This document shows, piece by piece, positions 12,924 to 23,670 of a DNA stretch of 64,000 nucleotides. The DNA is from an uncultured Gemmatimonadales bacterium (GTDB lineage Bacteria; Gemmatimonadota; Gemmatimonadetes; Gemmatimonadales; Gemmatimonadaceae), in contig CAWKNZ010000002.1 of assembly GCA_963851265.1 (NCBI GenBank), positions 1,184,001-1,248,000 of the forward strand, given 5' to 3'. Positions within the stretch are counted from its first letter, which is position 1. Each line of letters starts with the position of its first letter. The notes below the pieces were generated by a model that saw only the letters and a program-made list of their open reading frames with translations, was not told where the DNA came from and ran no database searches. A program made the position numbers and the translations under genes.

Positions 12924-13054
12924 TCGCACCGGTCCACATCTCGCACGCCTCCCGAGCGCCGCGCGGGTGCCCGCCCCACGAGTCCGACTCCGGGGCGGGT
13001 CGCGCGGCGCCGCGACGGGGGCGGACGACCAACCCACGTTAGGCACACACCACC

Positions 13055-14116
13055 ATGGCCACGACCGTCACGCCCGACCAGCAGCAGTCCGAGGGCGGCG
13101 CCCAGCCGCCCCGCATGCTCGACCAACTCCTCGCCGCCGGCGTCCACTTCGGGCACCAGACGCGCCGGTGGAATCCCAAGATGCGCCGCTTCATCTTCGC
13201 GGAGCGCAACGGGATTCACATCATCGACCTGCAGAAGACCCTGCGCCAGCTCGACCTCGCGCGGCAGCTCGTCCGCGAGACCGTCGCGCGCGGGGAGCAG
13301 GTCCTGTTCGTCTGCACCAAGCGCCAGCTCGCCGCGATCGTCCAGAGCGAGGCGGAGCGCGCGGGTTCGTACTTCATCACCGAGCGCTGGCTCGGTGGGC
13401 TGCTGACGAACTTTTCCACGGCCAAGAAGCAGATCAAGAAGCTGAAGGAGCTCGAAGCCGGTTCGGAAGAGGGCGGCGACTTCGCGAACTACACGAAGAA
13501 GGAGCAGCTCATGATGACCCGTGAGCGCGACAAGCTCGCGAAGAATCTGTCGGGCATCAAGAACATGGGTCGTCTTCCGGGCCTGCTCTTCGTCGTCGAT
13601 TCCAAGAAGGAGCACATCGCCGTCGAGGAGGCTCGCAAGCTCGGCATCCCCGTCGTCGCGATCGTCGACACCAACGCGGATCCGGACCTCATCACGGTCC
13701 CGATCGCCGGAAACGACGATGCGATCCGCTCGGTCGAGCTGATCGCGCGCACGATCGCCGACACGATCGCCGAGGCGCGGCGCGAGGCCCCGCAGCGGCA
13801 GGAAACGGACGAGGCGCAGGACAGCTACACGTACTCGTCCGACCGCGGCAGCGAGCGTACGGACCGCGGCGGAGATCGCGGCGGCGACCGTGGGCCGCGT
13901 GGTGGCCAGGGCGGCGGCGAGGGCGGCGCGGGTGGCGCCGGCGGCCCCGGAGGCGGCGATCGCACGCGGCGTCCGCGTCGTCGTCGCGCCCGCCCGGACG
14001 CCATCGCCGCCGCGCGCCGGCCCGGTGCGCCCGGCGAGGGTGGCGAGGGTGGTGACCTGCCCGCCGAGGGTGGCGAAAGCCCGGTTCGCGACAGCACGAA
14101 CACCGGCGACGCCTGA
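13055..14116 (+). CDS. rpsB: 30S ribosomal protein S2 with long Gly/Arg-rich C-terminal tail
   Basis: [41 protein letters not shown]. Confidence 0.98.
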   Translation: MATTVTPDQQQSEGGAQPPRMLDQLLAAGVHFGHQTRRWNPKMRRFIFAERNGIHIIDLQKTLRQLDLARQLVRETVARGEQVLFVCTKRQLAAIVQSEAERAGSYFITERWLGGLLTNFSTAKKQIKKLKELEAGSEEGGDFANYTKKEQLMMTRERDKLAKNLSGIKNMGRLPGLLFVVDSKKEHIAVEEARKLGIPVVAIVDTNADPDLITVPIAGNDDAIRSVELIARTIADTIAEARREAPQRQETDEAQDSYTYSSDRGSERTDRGGDRGGDRGPRGGQGGGEGGAGGAGGPGGGDRTRRPRRRRARPDAIAAARRPGAPGEGGEGGDLPAEGGESPVRDSTNTGDA

Positions 14117-14268
14117 GCCGGCCACCCGTGAACCGCCGGCGCCCCCGGCGCCGCGCGACGGGCCGCCCGTCCTCGTTCCCCCGCTAGATTCGATGCGCCG
14201 CCGGCCCGTGCCGGCGGCGTTTCCACGACAGCCCCGCGTCGTCCGCGACGCGTTCGGAGATACATGAG

Positions 14269-15147
14269 ATGAGCACCGCCACCTTCACCGCGAAGGACGT
14301 CCAGGAGCTGCGCCAGCGCACCGGCGCGGGCATGATGGACTGCAAGAAGGCCCTGGAGGAAAACCAGGGAAACATGGAGGCCTCGGTCGACTACCTGCGC
14401 AAGAAAGGCATCGCGAAGGCCGAGAAGCGCGCCGGTAAGAGCACGAGCGAGGGCGTGGTCCGCGCCGAGATCGGGCAGAACGGGTCGACGGGTGTGCTCG
14501 TCGAGATCAACTGCGAGACCGACTTCGTCGCGCGGAACGAGGGGTTCCAGGCGATCGCGAAGACCGTCGCCGACCAGGCGCTCGCGACGTCGACCGCCAG
14601 TGACGCCAACGCACTCCTGAGTTCCACGATCGCCGGTGGCCAGTCGGTCGAGGAGTACGTCAAGGAGAGCTCGGCGAAGATGGGCGAGGCCGTGAACGTG
14701 CGTCGCGTGGCGCGCTTCGACGCGCCTAACGGCGTCGTCGGGTCGTACGTGCACTTCAACGGCAAGATTGGCGTGCTCGTCGAGGTAGAGGCAGCCAACG
14801 GGTCGAAGGACGAGGCCCTCACGACGCTTGCCCGCACGCTCGCCGAGCACGTGGCGGCTGCAGCGCCGGTCGGCGTCGATCGCGATACCGTCCCGGCCGA
14901 CGTCGTCGAGCGCGAGCGCGCGATCTTCATCGACCAGGTGCGCGCGAGCGGCAAGCCCGAAGCGATGATCGACAAGATCGTGACTGGCAAGGTCGAGGCC
15001 TACTACAAGGACGTCGCGCTCGTCCACCAGGCCTGGATCCGCGAGCCGAAGACGACGATCCAGCAGGTCGTCGATCAGGCCGCCAAGCAGGTCGGCGCGC
15101 CGGTCACCGTCAAGCGCTTCGCACGTTTTCAGCTCGGGCAGGAGTGA
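14269..15147 (+). CDS. tsf: Elongation factor Ts
   Basis: [28 protein letters not shown]. Confidence 0.98.
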   Translation: MSTATFTAKDVQELRQRTGAGMMDCKKALEENQGNMEASVDYLRKKGIAKAEKRAGKSTSEGVVRAEIGQNGSTGVLVEINCETDFVARNEGFQAIAKTVADQALATSTASDANALLSSTIAGGQSVEEYVKESSAKMGEAVNVRRVARFDAPNGVVGSYVHFNGKIGVLVEVEAANGSKDEALTTLARTLAEHVAAAAPVGVDRDTVPADVVERERAIFIDQVRASGKPEAMIDKIVTGKVEAYYKDVALVHQAWIREPKTTIQQVVDQAAKQVGAPVTVKRFARFQLGQE

Positions 15148-15154
15148 GCCGCGC

Positions 15155-15898
15155 GTGAGCGACCCGGACCAACGCGTCGCGTCGGTCTCGGCACTGCGTT
15201 ACCCGCGGGTCCTCCTCAAGCTGTCCGGGGAGGCGCTCGCGGGTGAGCGCGGGTTCGGGTTCGACTTCGACCGGCTGAGCTTTTTCGCCGAACAGATCGT
15301 GGACGTCGCCCGCGCGGGTGCCACCGTCGGCCTCGTGATCGGGGGCGGCAACATCGTACGCGGCGCGCAGCTCTCGCGGATGGGAATGGAGCGCGTCGGC
15401 GCCGATTACATGGGCATGCTCGGCACGGTGATCAACGCGCTCGCGCTACAGGACGCGCTCGAGAAGCGCGGCCTCGACACGCGCGTGATGACGGCGATCC
15501 GCATGGAGGAACTCGCCGAACCGTTCATCCGACGCCGGGCGCTGCGACACTTCGAGCAGGGGCGGATCGTCATCTTCGCGGCGGGTACCGGAAACCCGTA
15601 CTTCTCGACCGATACGGCCGCGGTGCTGCGCGCGATCCAGATTAAGGCGGACGTGATCGTGAAGGCGACGAGCGTCGACGGCGTGTACTCCGCCGACCCG
15701 AAGCTCGACCCGAACGCGACGCGCTACGACACGATCAGCTACCGTGACGTGATGCTCGGCGATCTGCGGGTGATGGATCAGACCGCGGTGACACTCTGCC
15801 GCGAGAACAATCTGCCACTCATCGTGCTCAACATCCACGACGCCGGCGCGGCGCTTCGAGCCGTGCGTGGCGAGAAGGTCGGAACCCTCGTGAGCTGA
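15155..15898 (+). CDS. pyrH: UMP kinase
   Basis: [35 protein letters not shown]. Confidence 0.98.
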   Translation: MSDPDQRVASVSALRYPRVLLKLSGEALAGERGFGFDFDRLSFFAEQIVDVARAGATVGLVIGGGNIVRGAQLSRMGMERVGADYMGMLGTVINALALQDALEKRGLDTRVMTAIRMEELAEPFIRRRALRHFEQGRIVIFAAGTGNPYFSTDTAAVLRAIQIKADVIVKATSVDGVYSADPKLDPNATRYDTISYRDVMLGDLRVMDQTAVTLCRENNLPLIVLNIHDAGAALRAVRGEKVGTLVS

Positions 15899-15903
15899 AC
15901 CGA

Positions 15904-16458
15904 ATGGCCACCATCAAGGACATCCTGCAGCAGGGCCGCACGGCGATGGAGAAGGGCGTCGACTCGGCCAAGCGCGAGTTCGCCACCGTGCGCGCTGGCA
16001 AGGCGAGCGCGAACATGCTCGACGCGATCCGGGTCGACGCGTACGGGTCCGAGCTGCCGCTCAACCAGGTCGCGTCGGTGAGCGCGCCCGAACCGCGACT
16101 CATCCTCGTGACGCCGTTCGATCGCGGGCAGGCGAAGGCGATCGAGAAGGCGATCCGGGACAGCGACCTCGGGCTCGAGCCGTCTAACATGAGCGGCGTG
16201 ATCCGCGTTCCGCTGCCGCAACTCAACGAGCAGCGCCGCAAGGAGCTGGTCAAGGTCGCGCACAAGTACGCCGAAGACGGACGCGTCGCCGTGCGTCACG
16301 CGCGTACCGAGGCGCGTGACCGCATCAAGAAGCTCGACGGCGTGTCCGAAGACGAGAAGTCCCGGGCCGAGAAGGAGCTGCAGAAGCTCACCGACGATCA
16401 CATCGCCAAGGTCGAGGCCCTTCTGAAGACGAAGGAAGCCGAGATCCTCGCCGTCTGA
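15904..16458 (+). CDS. frr: Ribosome recycling factor
   Basis: VRAGKAS, PLNQVA, EQRRKELVK, QKLTD, KEAEIL. Confidence 0.97.
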   Translation: MATIKDILQQGRTAMEKGVDSAKREFATVRAGKASANMLDAIRVDAYGSELPLNQVASVSAPEPRLILVTPFDRGQAKAIEKAIRDSDLGLEPSNMSGVIRVPLPQLNEQRRKELVKVAHKYAEDGRVAVRHARTEARDRIKKLDGVSEDEKSRAEKELQKLTDDHIAKVEALLKTKEAEILAV

Positions 16459-16490
16459 TCGCGCCCACCCCCGCGTCCGCCCTGCGCGCC

Positions 16491-17246
16491 GTGGCCGCCG
16501 AGCCGTCCGTCGACGATCTGCTGGCGCGCGTGCGCTCGAGCGGCGACGTGCCGCGCCACGTCGCGGTGATCATGGACGGCAACGGCCGGTGGGCGCGTCA
16601 ACGCCTGCTGCCTCGACCGTTGGGCCACCGATCCGGCATGAAGTCCGTTCGCGACGTGGTCACGGGCGCGCTCGAGGCCGGAGTCGAGTTCCTGTCGCTC
16701 TACGCGTTCTCGCAGGAGAACTGGCAGCGGCCCGCGCCCGAGGTCGGCGCACTCATGTCGCTGCTGGAGGAGTACATCGCGCGCGAGGTTGACGAGTTGC
16801 GCGAGCGTGGGGTCCGCGTGCGCGTACTCGGCGACCTCGCGCGCCTCACGGGCGCGCCGGCGCGGGCCGTCGAGCGCGTGGTCGCGGAGACCGCGCACAA
16901 CCAGCGGCTCGTGCTCAACCTGTTCATCTCGTACGGGTCGCGCGCCGAACTGCTCGGCGCCATCCGAGCGATCGCCGACGACGTGGCCGCCGGCCGCGTC
17001 TCCGCCGCGGATTTGCGCGAGGAACACGTGTCCGAGCGTCTTTACACGGCCGGGATCCCTGACCCCGACCTGCTGATCCGCACGTCGGGTGAGCAGCGGC
17101 TGTCCAACTTCCTGCTGTGGCAGATCGCGTACACGGAGCTTTTCATCTCGCCCGTGCTGTGGCCCGACTTCGGGCGCCGCGAGCTGTTCGAGGCGATCAC
17201 CGCCTATCAGTCGCGCGAGCGGCGATTCGGGCGCGTCACGGCGTGA
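16491..17246 (+). CDS. uppS: Undecaprenyl diphosphate synthase
   Basis: HVAVIMDGNGRWA, YAFSQENWQRP, LIRTSGEQRLSNFLLWQ. Confidence 0.97.
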   Translation: MAAEPSVDDLLARVRSSGDVPRHVAVIMDGNGRWARQRLLPRPLGHRSGMKSVRDVVTGALEAGVEFLSLYAFSQENWQRPAPEVGALMSLLEEYIAREVDELRERGVRVRVLGDLARLTGAPARAVERVVAETAHNQRLVLNLFISYGSRAELLGAIRAIADDVAAGRVSAADLREEHVSERLYTAGIPDPDLLIRTSGEQRLSNFLLWQIAYTELFISPVLWPDFGRRELFEAITAYQSRERRFGRVTA

Positions 17247-17299
17247 GCGCGCGCTCCTCGGGTGCGCGGTCGTGAGCGGGCGCGCGTGAGGCGGCGCCG

Positions 17300-18163
17300 G
17301 TGAGCGAACTCGCGCAACGCGTGGCGTCGGCCGTGGTCGCCGTCCCCGTCACGCTCGCCTGCGTGTGGTTCGGAGACGCACCGCTCGCGACGCTCCTCGC
17401 GGCGGCGGCCGCCGTTGGCGCATGGGAGTTCTACCGCATGGCCGACGCGGCGAGCGGCGCGCAATCGCTCTCGCGCACCGGGATCGTGCTCGCGGCGCTG
17501 GTTCCGATCCTCGTGCACGCGGCGGCGCGCGGACTCGGCCAGCCTCCGCTCGCTGCCGCCGTCGTCGTCGTGCTCGCCCTTCTCGCCGCCGCCATCTGGC
17601 GTCGCGGTGCCGACGGCCGTCCGCTCGTCGCCGTCGCGACGACCGTTCTCGGTGTTCTCTACGTCGGCGTGCCGCTCGCCTACGGCTACGCGCTCCGGAA
17701 CTTCGACTACGTCGTGGGGCGCGCGGCGGGAAGTGCGCTCGTGATGCTTCCCCTGCTGTGCACGTGGGCGAGCGACATCGGCGCGTACGCGGCCGGACGC
17801 ACGATCGGCGGCGCCAAGCTGATCCCGGCGGTGAGTCCTGGGAAGACGATCTCGGGCGCGGTCGGCGCCCTCGCGGCGTCGGCCGCGGTCGCGGCCGTGT
17901 ACGCGCCGAACGTGTTGCGGCCCGTCGCCAACCTGGGTTTCGCTCCGGGGCGGGCCATCCTATTCGGGCTGCTCGTGTCGATCGCCGCGCAGATCGGCGA
18001 CCTGGTCGAATCGCTGCTGAAGCGCGACGCCGGGGTCAAGGACTCGTCCCACCTGATTCCGGGACACGGGGGCGTGCTCGACCGCGTCGACTCGCTCCTC
18101 TTCGTGCTGCCCGCGAGTCACCTGCTGCTCGGGTGGCTGCTACTGCCGGCGTTCGGCGGGTGA
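17300..18163 (+). CDS. cdsA: Phosphatidate cytidylyltransferase
   Basis: Multi-TM; SDIGAY, SPGKT, GDLVESLLKRDAGVKDS, GHGGVLDRVDS. Confidence 0.96.
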   Translation: MSELAQRVASAVVAVPVTLACVWFGDAPLATLLAAAAAVGAWEFYRMADAASGAQSLSRTGIVLAALVPILVHAAARGLGQPPLAAAVVVVLALLAAAIWRRGADGRPLVAVATTVLGVLYVGVPLAYGYALRNFDYVVGRAAGSALVMLPLLCTWASDIGAYAAGRTIGGAKLIPAVSPGKTISGAVGALAASAAVAAVYAPNVLRPVANLGFAPGRAILFGLLVSIAAQIGDLVESLLKRDAGVKDSSHLIPGHGGVLDRVDSLLFVLPASHLLLGWLLLPAFGG

Positions 18164-19314
18164 GCACCGGCCGCGCGTTAGGCGCCGCGCCGCGCGGCGT
18201 CGCCGTGTTGGGCAGCACCGGCTCCATCGGGACGGCCACGCTCCGCGTGCTCGCGCGGCACGCCGACCGCTTCGCGGTCCGCGCGGTGACCGCGCATCGG
18301 AACGCCGAACTCCTCGCGCAACAGGCCGCGGAGTTCGCCCCGGGCTATATCGGCGTGACGGATCCGGAGTCGGCCCGCGATGGCTGGCATGCTGGCGCTG
18401 ACGTGCTGCTGGAGGCGGCGACGCGCTCCGACGTCGACGTGGTCGTCAACGCCGTCGTCGGCGCTGCCGGCCTCGACGCGACTCTCGCGGCGCTGCGAGC
18501 GGGACGTCGCGTCGCGCTCGCGAACAAGGAAACGCTGGTCATGGCGGGCCGACTCGTGCGCGCGGCCGCTCGCGCCGGATGCGGCGAACTCGTGCCCGTG
18601 GACAGTGAACACTCCGCGATCCTGCAGTGCATCGCCGGGCGGCCGGGTCAGGCCGTGCGCCGACTGATCATCACTGCGTCGGGCGGCCCGTTTCGCACGT
18701 GGGACGCGGCTCGCCTCGCGGGCGCGACGATCGCCGACGCGCTCCGGCATCCGACGTGGACGATGGGCCGAAAGATCACGGTCGACAGTGCCTCGCTCGC
18801 GAACAAGGCTCTCGAGGTGATCGAAGCGCACGAACTCTTCGGCGTTCCGTACGACAGGATCGAGGTCGTGGTCCATCCGCAGAGCGTCGTGCATTCGATG
18901 GTCGAGTTCGTCGACGGCAGCGTGCTCGCGCAGCTTGGAACCCCGAGCATGGAAGTGCCGATCCTGTATGCCCTGACGCACCCGGAGCGGGCGGCCGACA
19001 CCGCACTCCCGCCGTTCGATCCGGTCGCGCACGGGCGACTCGACTTCGAGCCGGTTCGGCGCGACGCGTTCCCGATGCTCGATCTCGGGATCACGGCGGG
19101 GCGTAGCGGCGGCGCCGCACCGGCCGTGTACAACGCGGCGAACGAAGCCGCCGTCGCGGGGTTCCTCGAAGGCCGCCTCACCTTCGGTCAGATTCCGGTC
19201 GTGGTCGAATCAGCGCTCGACGCGCTCGGCACCCTTCCGGGCGAGACGCTCGACCACCTCCGAACGGCCGACGCCACCGCGCGGCGTCACGTCCGAGAAT
19301 ACCTCGCGCGCTGA
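18160..19314 (+). CDS. dxr: 1-deoxy-D-xylulose-5-phosphate reductoisomerase
   Basis: LGSTGSIG, LANKE, PVDSEH, TASGGPFR, HPTWTMGRKITVDSA, NAANE. Confidence 0.97.
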   Translation: MSTGRALGAAPRGVAVLGSTGSIGTATLRVLARHADRFAVRAVTAHRNAELLAQQAAEFAPGYIGVTDPESARDGWHAGADVLLEAATRSDVDVVVNAVVGAAGLDATLAALRAGRRVALANKETLVMAGRLVRAAARAGCGELVPVDSEHSAILQCIAGRPGQAVRRLIITASGGPFRTWDAARLAGATIADALRHPTWTMGRKITVDSASLANKALEVIEAHELFGVPYDRIEVVVHPQSVVHSMVEFVDGSVLAQLGTPSMEVPILYALTHPERAADTALPPFDPVAHGRLDFEPVRRDAFPMLDLGITAGRSGGAAPAVYNAANEAAVAGFLEGRLTFGQIPVVVESALDALGTLPGETLDHLRTADATARRHVREYLAR

Positions 19315-19371
19315 ACCACGCGCGTCCGCGCCAGACGGACGCGACGGCGACCAACGCACCACCGTACCCCC

Positions 19372-20592
19372 ATGCTCGCCATATTCGCGCCGCTCCTCGT
19401 GTTCGGGCTCGTGGTGTTCGTCCACGAGTTCGGGCATTTTCTCGCGGCCAAACTGACCGGCGTGTACGCCCCGCGCTTTTCGATCGGATTCGGGCCGGCC
19501 CTTCTGAAGAAGCGCATTGGCGAGACGGAGTACGTCCTCGCCTTGTTGCCGCTGGGCGGGTACGTCCGGATGGCATCGCGGGAGGACGACGCCGTCGCGT
19601 TCCTCGAGGGCGGCGCCGAGCATCCGGCGGGTGCGGTGCCCGTCACTGGCGGGAACGCGGCCGGGCGCGTCACCGACGACCACACCGGGGACCCGCACCG
19701 CGGGCGGGATTGGGACCCGAACGCGCTCGCGCCATTCGGACCACGACCTGTCCCGGCACACCGGTGGTTCGAGTCGAAGCCTCTGGTCGCGCGGCTCTTC
19801 ATCCTGCTCGCGGGCGTGACCATGAACATCGCGCTCGCCTTCACGGTCTACGCGACCAACTACGCGGTCCGGGGTCGACCGTACGTGCCGCCGGTCGTCG
19901 ATTCGGTCGTGCCCGGGCGCCCGGCAGCGCTCGCGGGCTTGCAGGGGGGCGACAGCATCACCGCTGTCGACGGCCGACCGATCCGCACGTGGACCGAGCT
20001 GGTCGCGCGCGTGAGCGCGGTTCCGCCGAGCACCCTGACCCTGCGCGTCGTCCGCCGGACGGGGACGACGGACGTTCGCATCACGCCGGTGCTCGCCGAG
20101 GCGCCCGACCCCGCGACCGGCGCACCGAGGACGGTCGGACAGATCGGCGCCTACGTCCGTCCGACGATCGTGCGCGAGCCGATCGGCGTCAGCACCGCGA
20201 TCCGCGAAGGTGCCCTCAACACGTGGCAGGACGCGACAGCGGTGGTCGACGTGTTGCGCGGCCTCTTTGGCGGGAAGGTCGCGGTGTCGAATCTTGGCGG
20301 GCCGATTGCAATCGCGCGTACGTCCGTCGCTGCCGCGCGCGCCGGGTTCGAATCGCTGTTGCGACTCGTCGCATTCCTCAGCGTGAACATCGCCGTCCTG
20401 AACCTGCTCCCGGTCCCCGTTCTCGACGGCGGCCAGGTGTTGCTCAACGTGCTCGAGGCGGCGAAGGGGAGTGCGTTCAGCGCGCGCGTTCGCGAGCAGA
20501 TCCTCCGCGTTGGACTCGCGGCAGTCGCGTTGCTCTTCGTGACCGTCATGTGGAATGACCTGTCGCGCCTCGTCGGCGACTGGCTCCGGTGA
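19372..20592 (+). CDS. rseP: RIP (M50) metalloprotease with PDZ domain
   Basis: HEFGH, FSIGFG, LPLGGYVRM, NLLPVPVLDGG. Confidence 0.95.
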   Translation: MLAIFAPLLVFGLVVFVHEFGHFLAAKLTGVYAPRFSIGFGPALLKKRIGETEYVLALLPLGGYVRMASREDDAVAFLEGGAEHPAGAVPVTGGNAAGRVTDDHTGDPHRGRDWDPNALAPFGPRPVPAHRWFESKPLVARLFILLAGVTMNIALAFTVYATNYAVRGRPYVPPVVDSVVPGRPAALAGLQGGDSITAVDGRPIRTWTELVARVSAVPPSTLTLRVVRRTGTTDVRITPVLAEAPDPATGAPRTVGQIGAYVRPTIVREPIGVSTAIREGALNTWQDATAVVDVLRGLFGGKVAVSNLGGPIAIARTSVAAARAGFESLLRLVAFLSVNIAVLNLLPVPVLDGGQVLLNVLEAAKGSAFSARVREQILRVGLAAVALLFVTVMWNDLSRLVGDWLR

Positions 20593-21104
20593 GCGGAGGC
20601 CGCGTCGGCGCCGCCCTCGCCGGCGCGGCGATTCTCTGCTCGGCGTGCCATCGCGCCGGCCCGGCGACGACGCCGTTTCCTAGCCCGCCGGGCGCGCCGC
20701 CGGAGGTGCAAGCGCCCGTCGGCGCGGCGCCGATCGGAGGCGTCGCGACGCCGGCCGCGGTGAATTCGCCCGACCCGCAGACACGGCGGTTCGACGTCGT
20801 CGCGGTCGAGGACACGACGTTCACGATCCTCATCGGCGCTGATCGGTGGGTGCGGCGCGGCACCGTCGGCGTCACCGTCGATCCCAGGCGCCGCGACGCG
20901 CTCGTCGCGAAGTTCCGCGTGCTGTCGCGCGCCGGAGACAGCGTGACCGCGCTCATCACCGGCCAAACCACGCGCGTGTCGTTGACCGACGTCGCGCTCA
21001 TGCGTGAACCCGTTCCCGGCCCGCTGCGCCGCCCGGTATTCTGGGGCGGCCTGTTCGTTGGCGCAGCTCTTGGCGCGGCAGCGACGTTGCTCGTGCGCCA
21101 CTGA
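20589..21104 (+). CDS. Hypothetical exported protein, possible lipoprotein with C-terminal TM helix
   Basis: GTG overlaps the rseP stop; hydrophobic leader ending LCSAC; C-terminal FWGGLFVGAALGAAATLLV. Confidence 0.65.
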   Translation: MSGGRVGAALAGAAILCSACHRAGPATTPFPSPPGAPPEVQAPVGAAPIGGVATPAAVNSPDPQTRRFDVVAVEDTTFTILIGADRWVRRGTVGVTVDPRRRDALVAKFRVLSRAGDSVTALITGQTTRVSLTDVALMREPVPGPLRRPVFWGGLFVGAALGAAATLLVRH

Positions 21105-21173
21105 TTCGGCCCGCGGCACTGCCGGCGGGCTCAGCGCCGTTCGAGCGTCGAGCTACTGAGAGCCCCGGCCGAG

Positions 21174-23084
21174 CTACTGACAGAGCAGTTTGTGCGGCTC
21201 GCGACGCGTCTTGCCCGCGACGACCGGGAGGCGGTCGTCGCTGTACGACGCGCAGGCGCTCGCCTCGACCGTTAGGCGATACGTACCGTCTGGGAGAACG
21301 AGCGGTTCGGAGAGGGGGAGCACACCCTCGCGTGTCGGTCCGCCGCGGAGCGGGACGAGCGTGTAATGCGGGGTCGACGTGGCGCTGAAATCGAGCAACA
21401 ACCGGCCACACGGGATCGGCTCCAACGTGATGGCCCGTCGGGTTCCCGGGACCACGTCGACCGCAACCGCCGTGTCGGCCGAGGAGCAGCCCGGGAGTCC
21501 CCCAACGCTCGCGCGTACCGTATAGCGGCCGGCCGGTATCGGCCCGCTCCGCCATGGCCCGCGCCCGACCGACTCGCCGTCGAGGTACACGTCGGCCTCG
21601 GACGGTACCGAGACTGAAACCGTGCCGGCGCCGACGGCCTTGGCCGGTCCGCCGCGCGCCGCGGCTGACCGCACTCTGCCGCCCATTACCGTGGCGACAT
21701 CGGCGCTGCCCGGGAGGGCCGCGCTCGCCATCGATGCGAGTTCGGCGCGACGGGCCGCTGTGGCGGCCGCAAGACGTAATGCCGAGTCGCTCGTTGAGCC
21801 CGGCGACCGGTTCGACAGGTCCGTGCCGGGCGCGACAGCCGGACGCGCCGAATCGGCGCCCAGCGACGTCACCGCGTGCGCGTCGAGGGTCGTCCCGAGA
21901 CCAGTCGCGGGGCGCGGCGCCGCCGTCGGCGCGACCGGACTTCGTGTCGGCGTCCGCTCGGGCGAGCCGCGGACCGCGAGCAGACGCCCGCCCACGATCG
22001 CGATGCTTCCGGCCGCGAGCGTCGCCGCAGCCCACCGCCAGCGCTTCGGCGCGCCGCGCGCGGCGGACGCAGCGGCGACGCGCGGAATCTCGGTGGTGTT
22101 CAGCCGGTTACCGGCCGCGCCGCGCAGGGCGTCGAGGGCGTCGGCCAGCGCGTCGCCTGTCTGGTACCGCGCCGCGGGATCCTTGGCGAGCGCACGCGCG
22201 ACCACGGCATCGAAGCGCCCATCGAGGTCGCCGTTCACGCTCGACGGCGGCGGTGCGGTCTCTTCGACGTGCTGCCGCATGACGACGTACCAATCGTCAC
22301 CGGCGAACGGCACGACACCCGTTGCCGCGCGGTACAGTGTGACGGCGAGCGAGTACAAGTCGCTCCGACCATCGAGCGCGAGTCCTCGGGCCTGCTCGGG
22401 CGAGAAGTACGCGGGCGTTCCGAGGAGGACTTGACGACTCGGCCCCGACGGCGCGGCGCTGAGTGCGCGTGCGATCCCGAAGTCGGTGACGACTGCGCGC
22501 CCGTCGCGGGCGAACAGCACGTTCTCCGGCTTGACGTCGCGGTGTACGATGCCCTGACGGTGGGCGTATGCGAGACCGCGCGCGACCTCCGCACCGATCC
22601 GCGCCACGTCGGACTCGCCGAGTGCCCCGCCCGCGTTGAGACGGTCGGCGAGCGAGTGCGGCAGGTAGTCCATCACCAAGTACGGCGCGCCGACCGGGAT
22701 ACCGTCGAAGGGCTCGGTCAGGCGCCCGACCGTCAGGACGGTGATGACGTGGGGGTGTCGGAGCTTCGCCGCCGTCGTTGCCTCGCGCCGGAACCGTTCG
22801 ACGACTTCTGCGTCGTGGGCGAGCTCCGGGCGGAGCACCTTGATCGCGACGTCGAGCTCGAGGTCTGGGTCGACGGCGTGGTAGACGCGGGCGAATCCGC
22901 CGACGCCGACCGACCGCACGACGCGGTAGCGGCCGAACAATCGGCCGCCAACCTCGGCGTCGGTCGGGGGGGGCGCAGCGACGAATTCGGGCGCGTCTGA
23001 CAGGGGCGGGACGGCGAAGGATGGACGCGGGCTGGCGAGCGCCGGCGCGCACGACGCCAACGGCCGCTGTCGCAGACTTGTCAC
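21174..23084 (-). CDS. Hanks-type Ser/Thr protein kinase with TM helix and extracytoplasmic PEGA-like beta region
   Basis: [62 protein letters not shown]; exact start uncertain. Confidence 0.9.
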   Translation of the reverse strand: MTSLRQRPLASCAPALASPRPSFAVPPLSDAPEFVAAPPPTDAEVGGRLFGRYRVVRSVGVGGFARVYHAVDPDLELDVAIKVLRPELAHDAEVVERFRREATTAAKLRHPHVITVLTVGRLTEPFDGIPVGAPYLVMDYLPHSLADRLNAGGALGESDVARIGAEVARGLAYAHRQGIVHRDVKPENVLFARDGRAVVTDFGIARALSAAPSGPSRQVLLGTPAYFSPEQARGLALDGRSDLYSLAVTLYRAATGVVPFAGDDWYVVMRQHVEETAPPPSSVNGDLDGRFDAVVARALAKDPAARYQTGDALADALDALRGAAGNRLNTTEIPRVAAASAARGAPKRWRWAAATLAAGSIAIVGGRLLAVRGSPERTPTRSPVAPTAAPRPATGLGTTLDAHAVTSLGADSARPAVAPGTDLSNRSPGSTSDSALRLAAATAARRAELASMASAALPGSADVATVMGGRVRSAAARGGPAKAVGAGTVSVSVPSEADVYLDGESVGRGPWRSGPIPAGRYTVRASVGGLPGCSSADTAVAVDVVPGTRRAITLEPIPCGRLLLDFSATSTPHYTLVPLRGGPTREGVLPLSEPLVLPDGTYRLTVEASACASYSDDRLPVVAGKTRREPHKLLCQ

Positions 23085-23165
23085 GGCGGGGTTGCGGGAG
23101 TAAGCTTATGTGCTTACGAGCGTTGCGCGCTTGAGCGCCGCCGGACGTGCCGAGAATATACATCC

Positions 23166-23426
23166 ATGGCTTTCGAGAAAGCACCGACCATCACCAAGTA
23201 CCAGACGCACGAGTCCGACACGGGTTCGACGCGCGTCCAGGTCGCGGTCCTGACGGACCGCATCAACTACCTGACCGATCACTTCCGAACCCACCAGAAG
23301 GATCACCACGGACGGCTCGGGCTTCTGAAGATGGTCGGTAAGCGCCGGCGGCTGCTCGACTACCTGAAGCGTACGGACGTCGCGGGATACCGCACGCTCG
23401 TCACGGAGCTCGGGCTTCGGCACTGA
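23166..23426 (+). CDS. rpsO: 30S ribosomal protein S15
   Basis: [38 protein letters not shown]. Confidence 0.98.
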   Translation: MAFEKAPTITKYQTHESDTGSTRVQVAVLTDRINYLTDHFRTHQKDHHGRLGLLKMVGKRRRLLDYLKRTDVAGYRTLVTELGLRH

Positions 23427-23444
23427 GTGGTTCGCAGGATCAAT

Positions 23445-23484
23445 CGCGCGGGCGCAGCGACTGCGGCCGCGCGTTTTGTGTTTT
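23445..23484 (+). terminator. Probable intrinsic terminator or attenuator between rpsO and pnp
   Basis: CGCGCGG-G-CGCAG/CGA/CTGCG-G-CCGCGCG stem followed by TTTTGTGTTTT. Confidence 0.65.
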
Positions 23485-23670
23485 GCACGTGCGGCTCGCA
23501 CGTGGCGTCTCCCCTGCCGTCAGCTTGTTGCGCAGCGGGTCTGTTGTGGCCGCCGGATGTCGTCGTCTCCGGTCGCCTGCCGTTCTCCGGGCTCCACGAT
23601 TGGCTAGCGGAGCGCTAGCGGGCCCCGGACGGCTTCCTCCATCGCGCCTGGCGCGCGAGAGTACCTCTTT

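Noticed and set aside
23485..23670. Riboswitch or ncRNA in the rpsO-pnp gap
   Set aside because: Only generic GC hairpins; I recognise no family signature. A structured pnp leader is plausible but unsupported.
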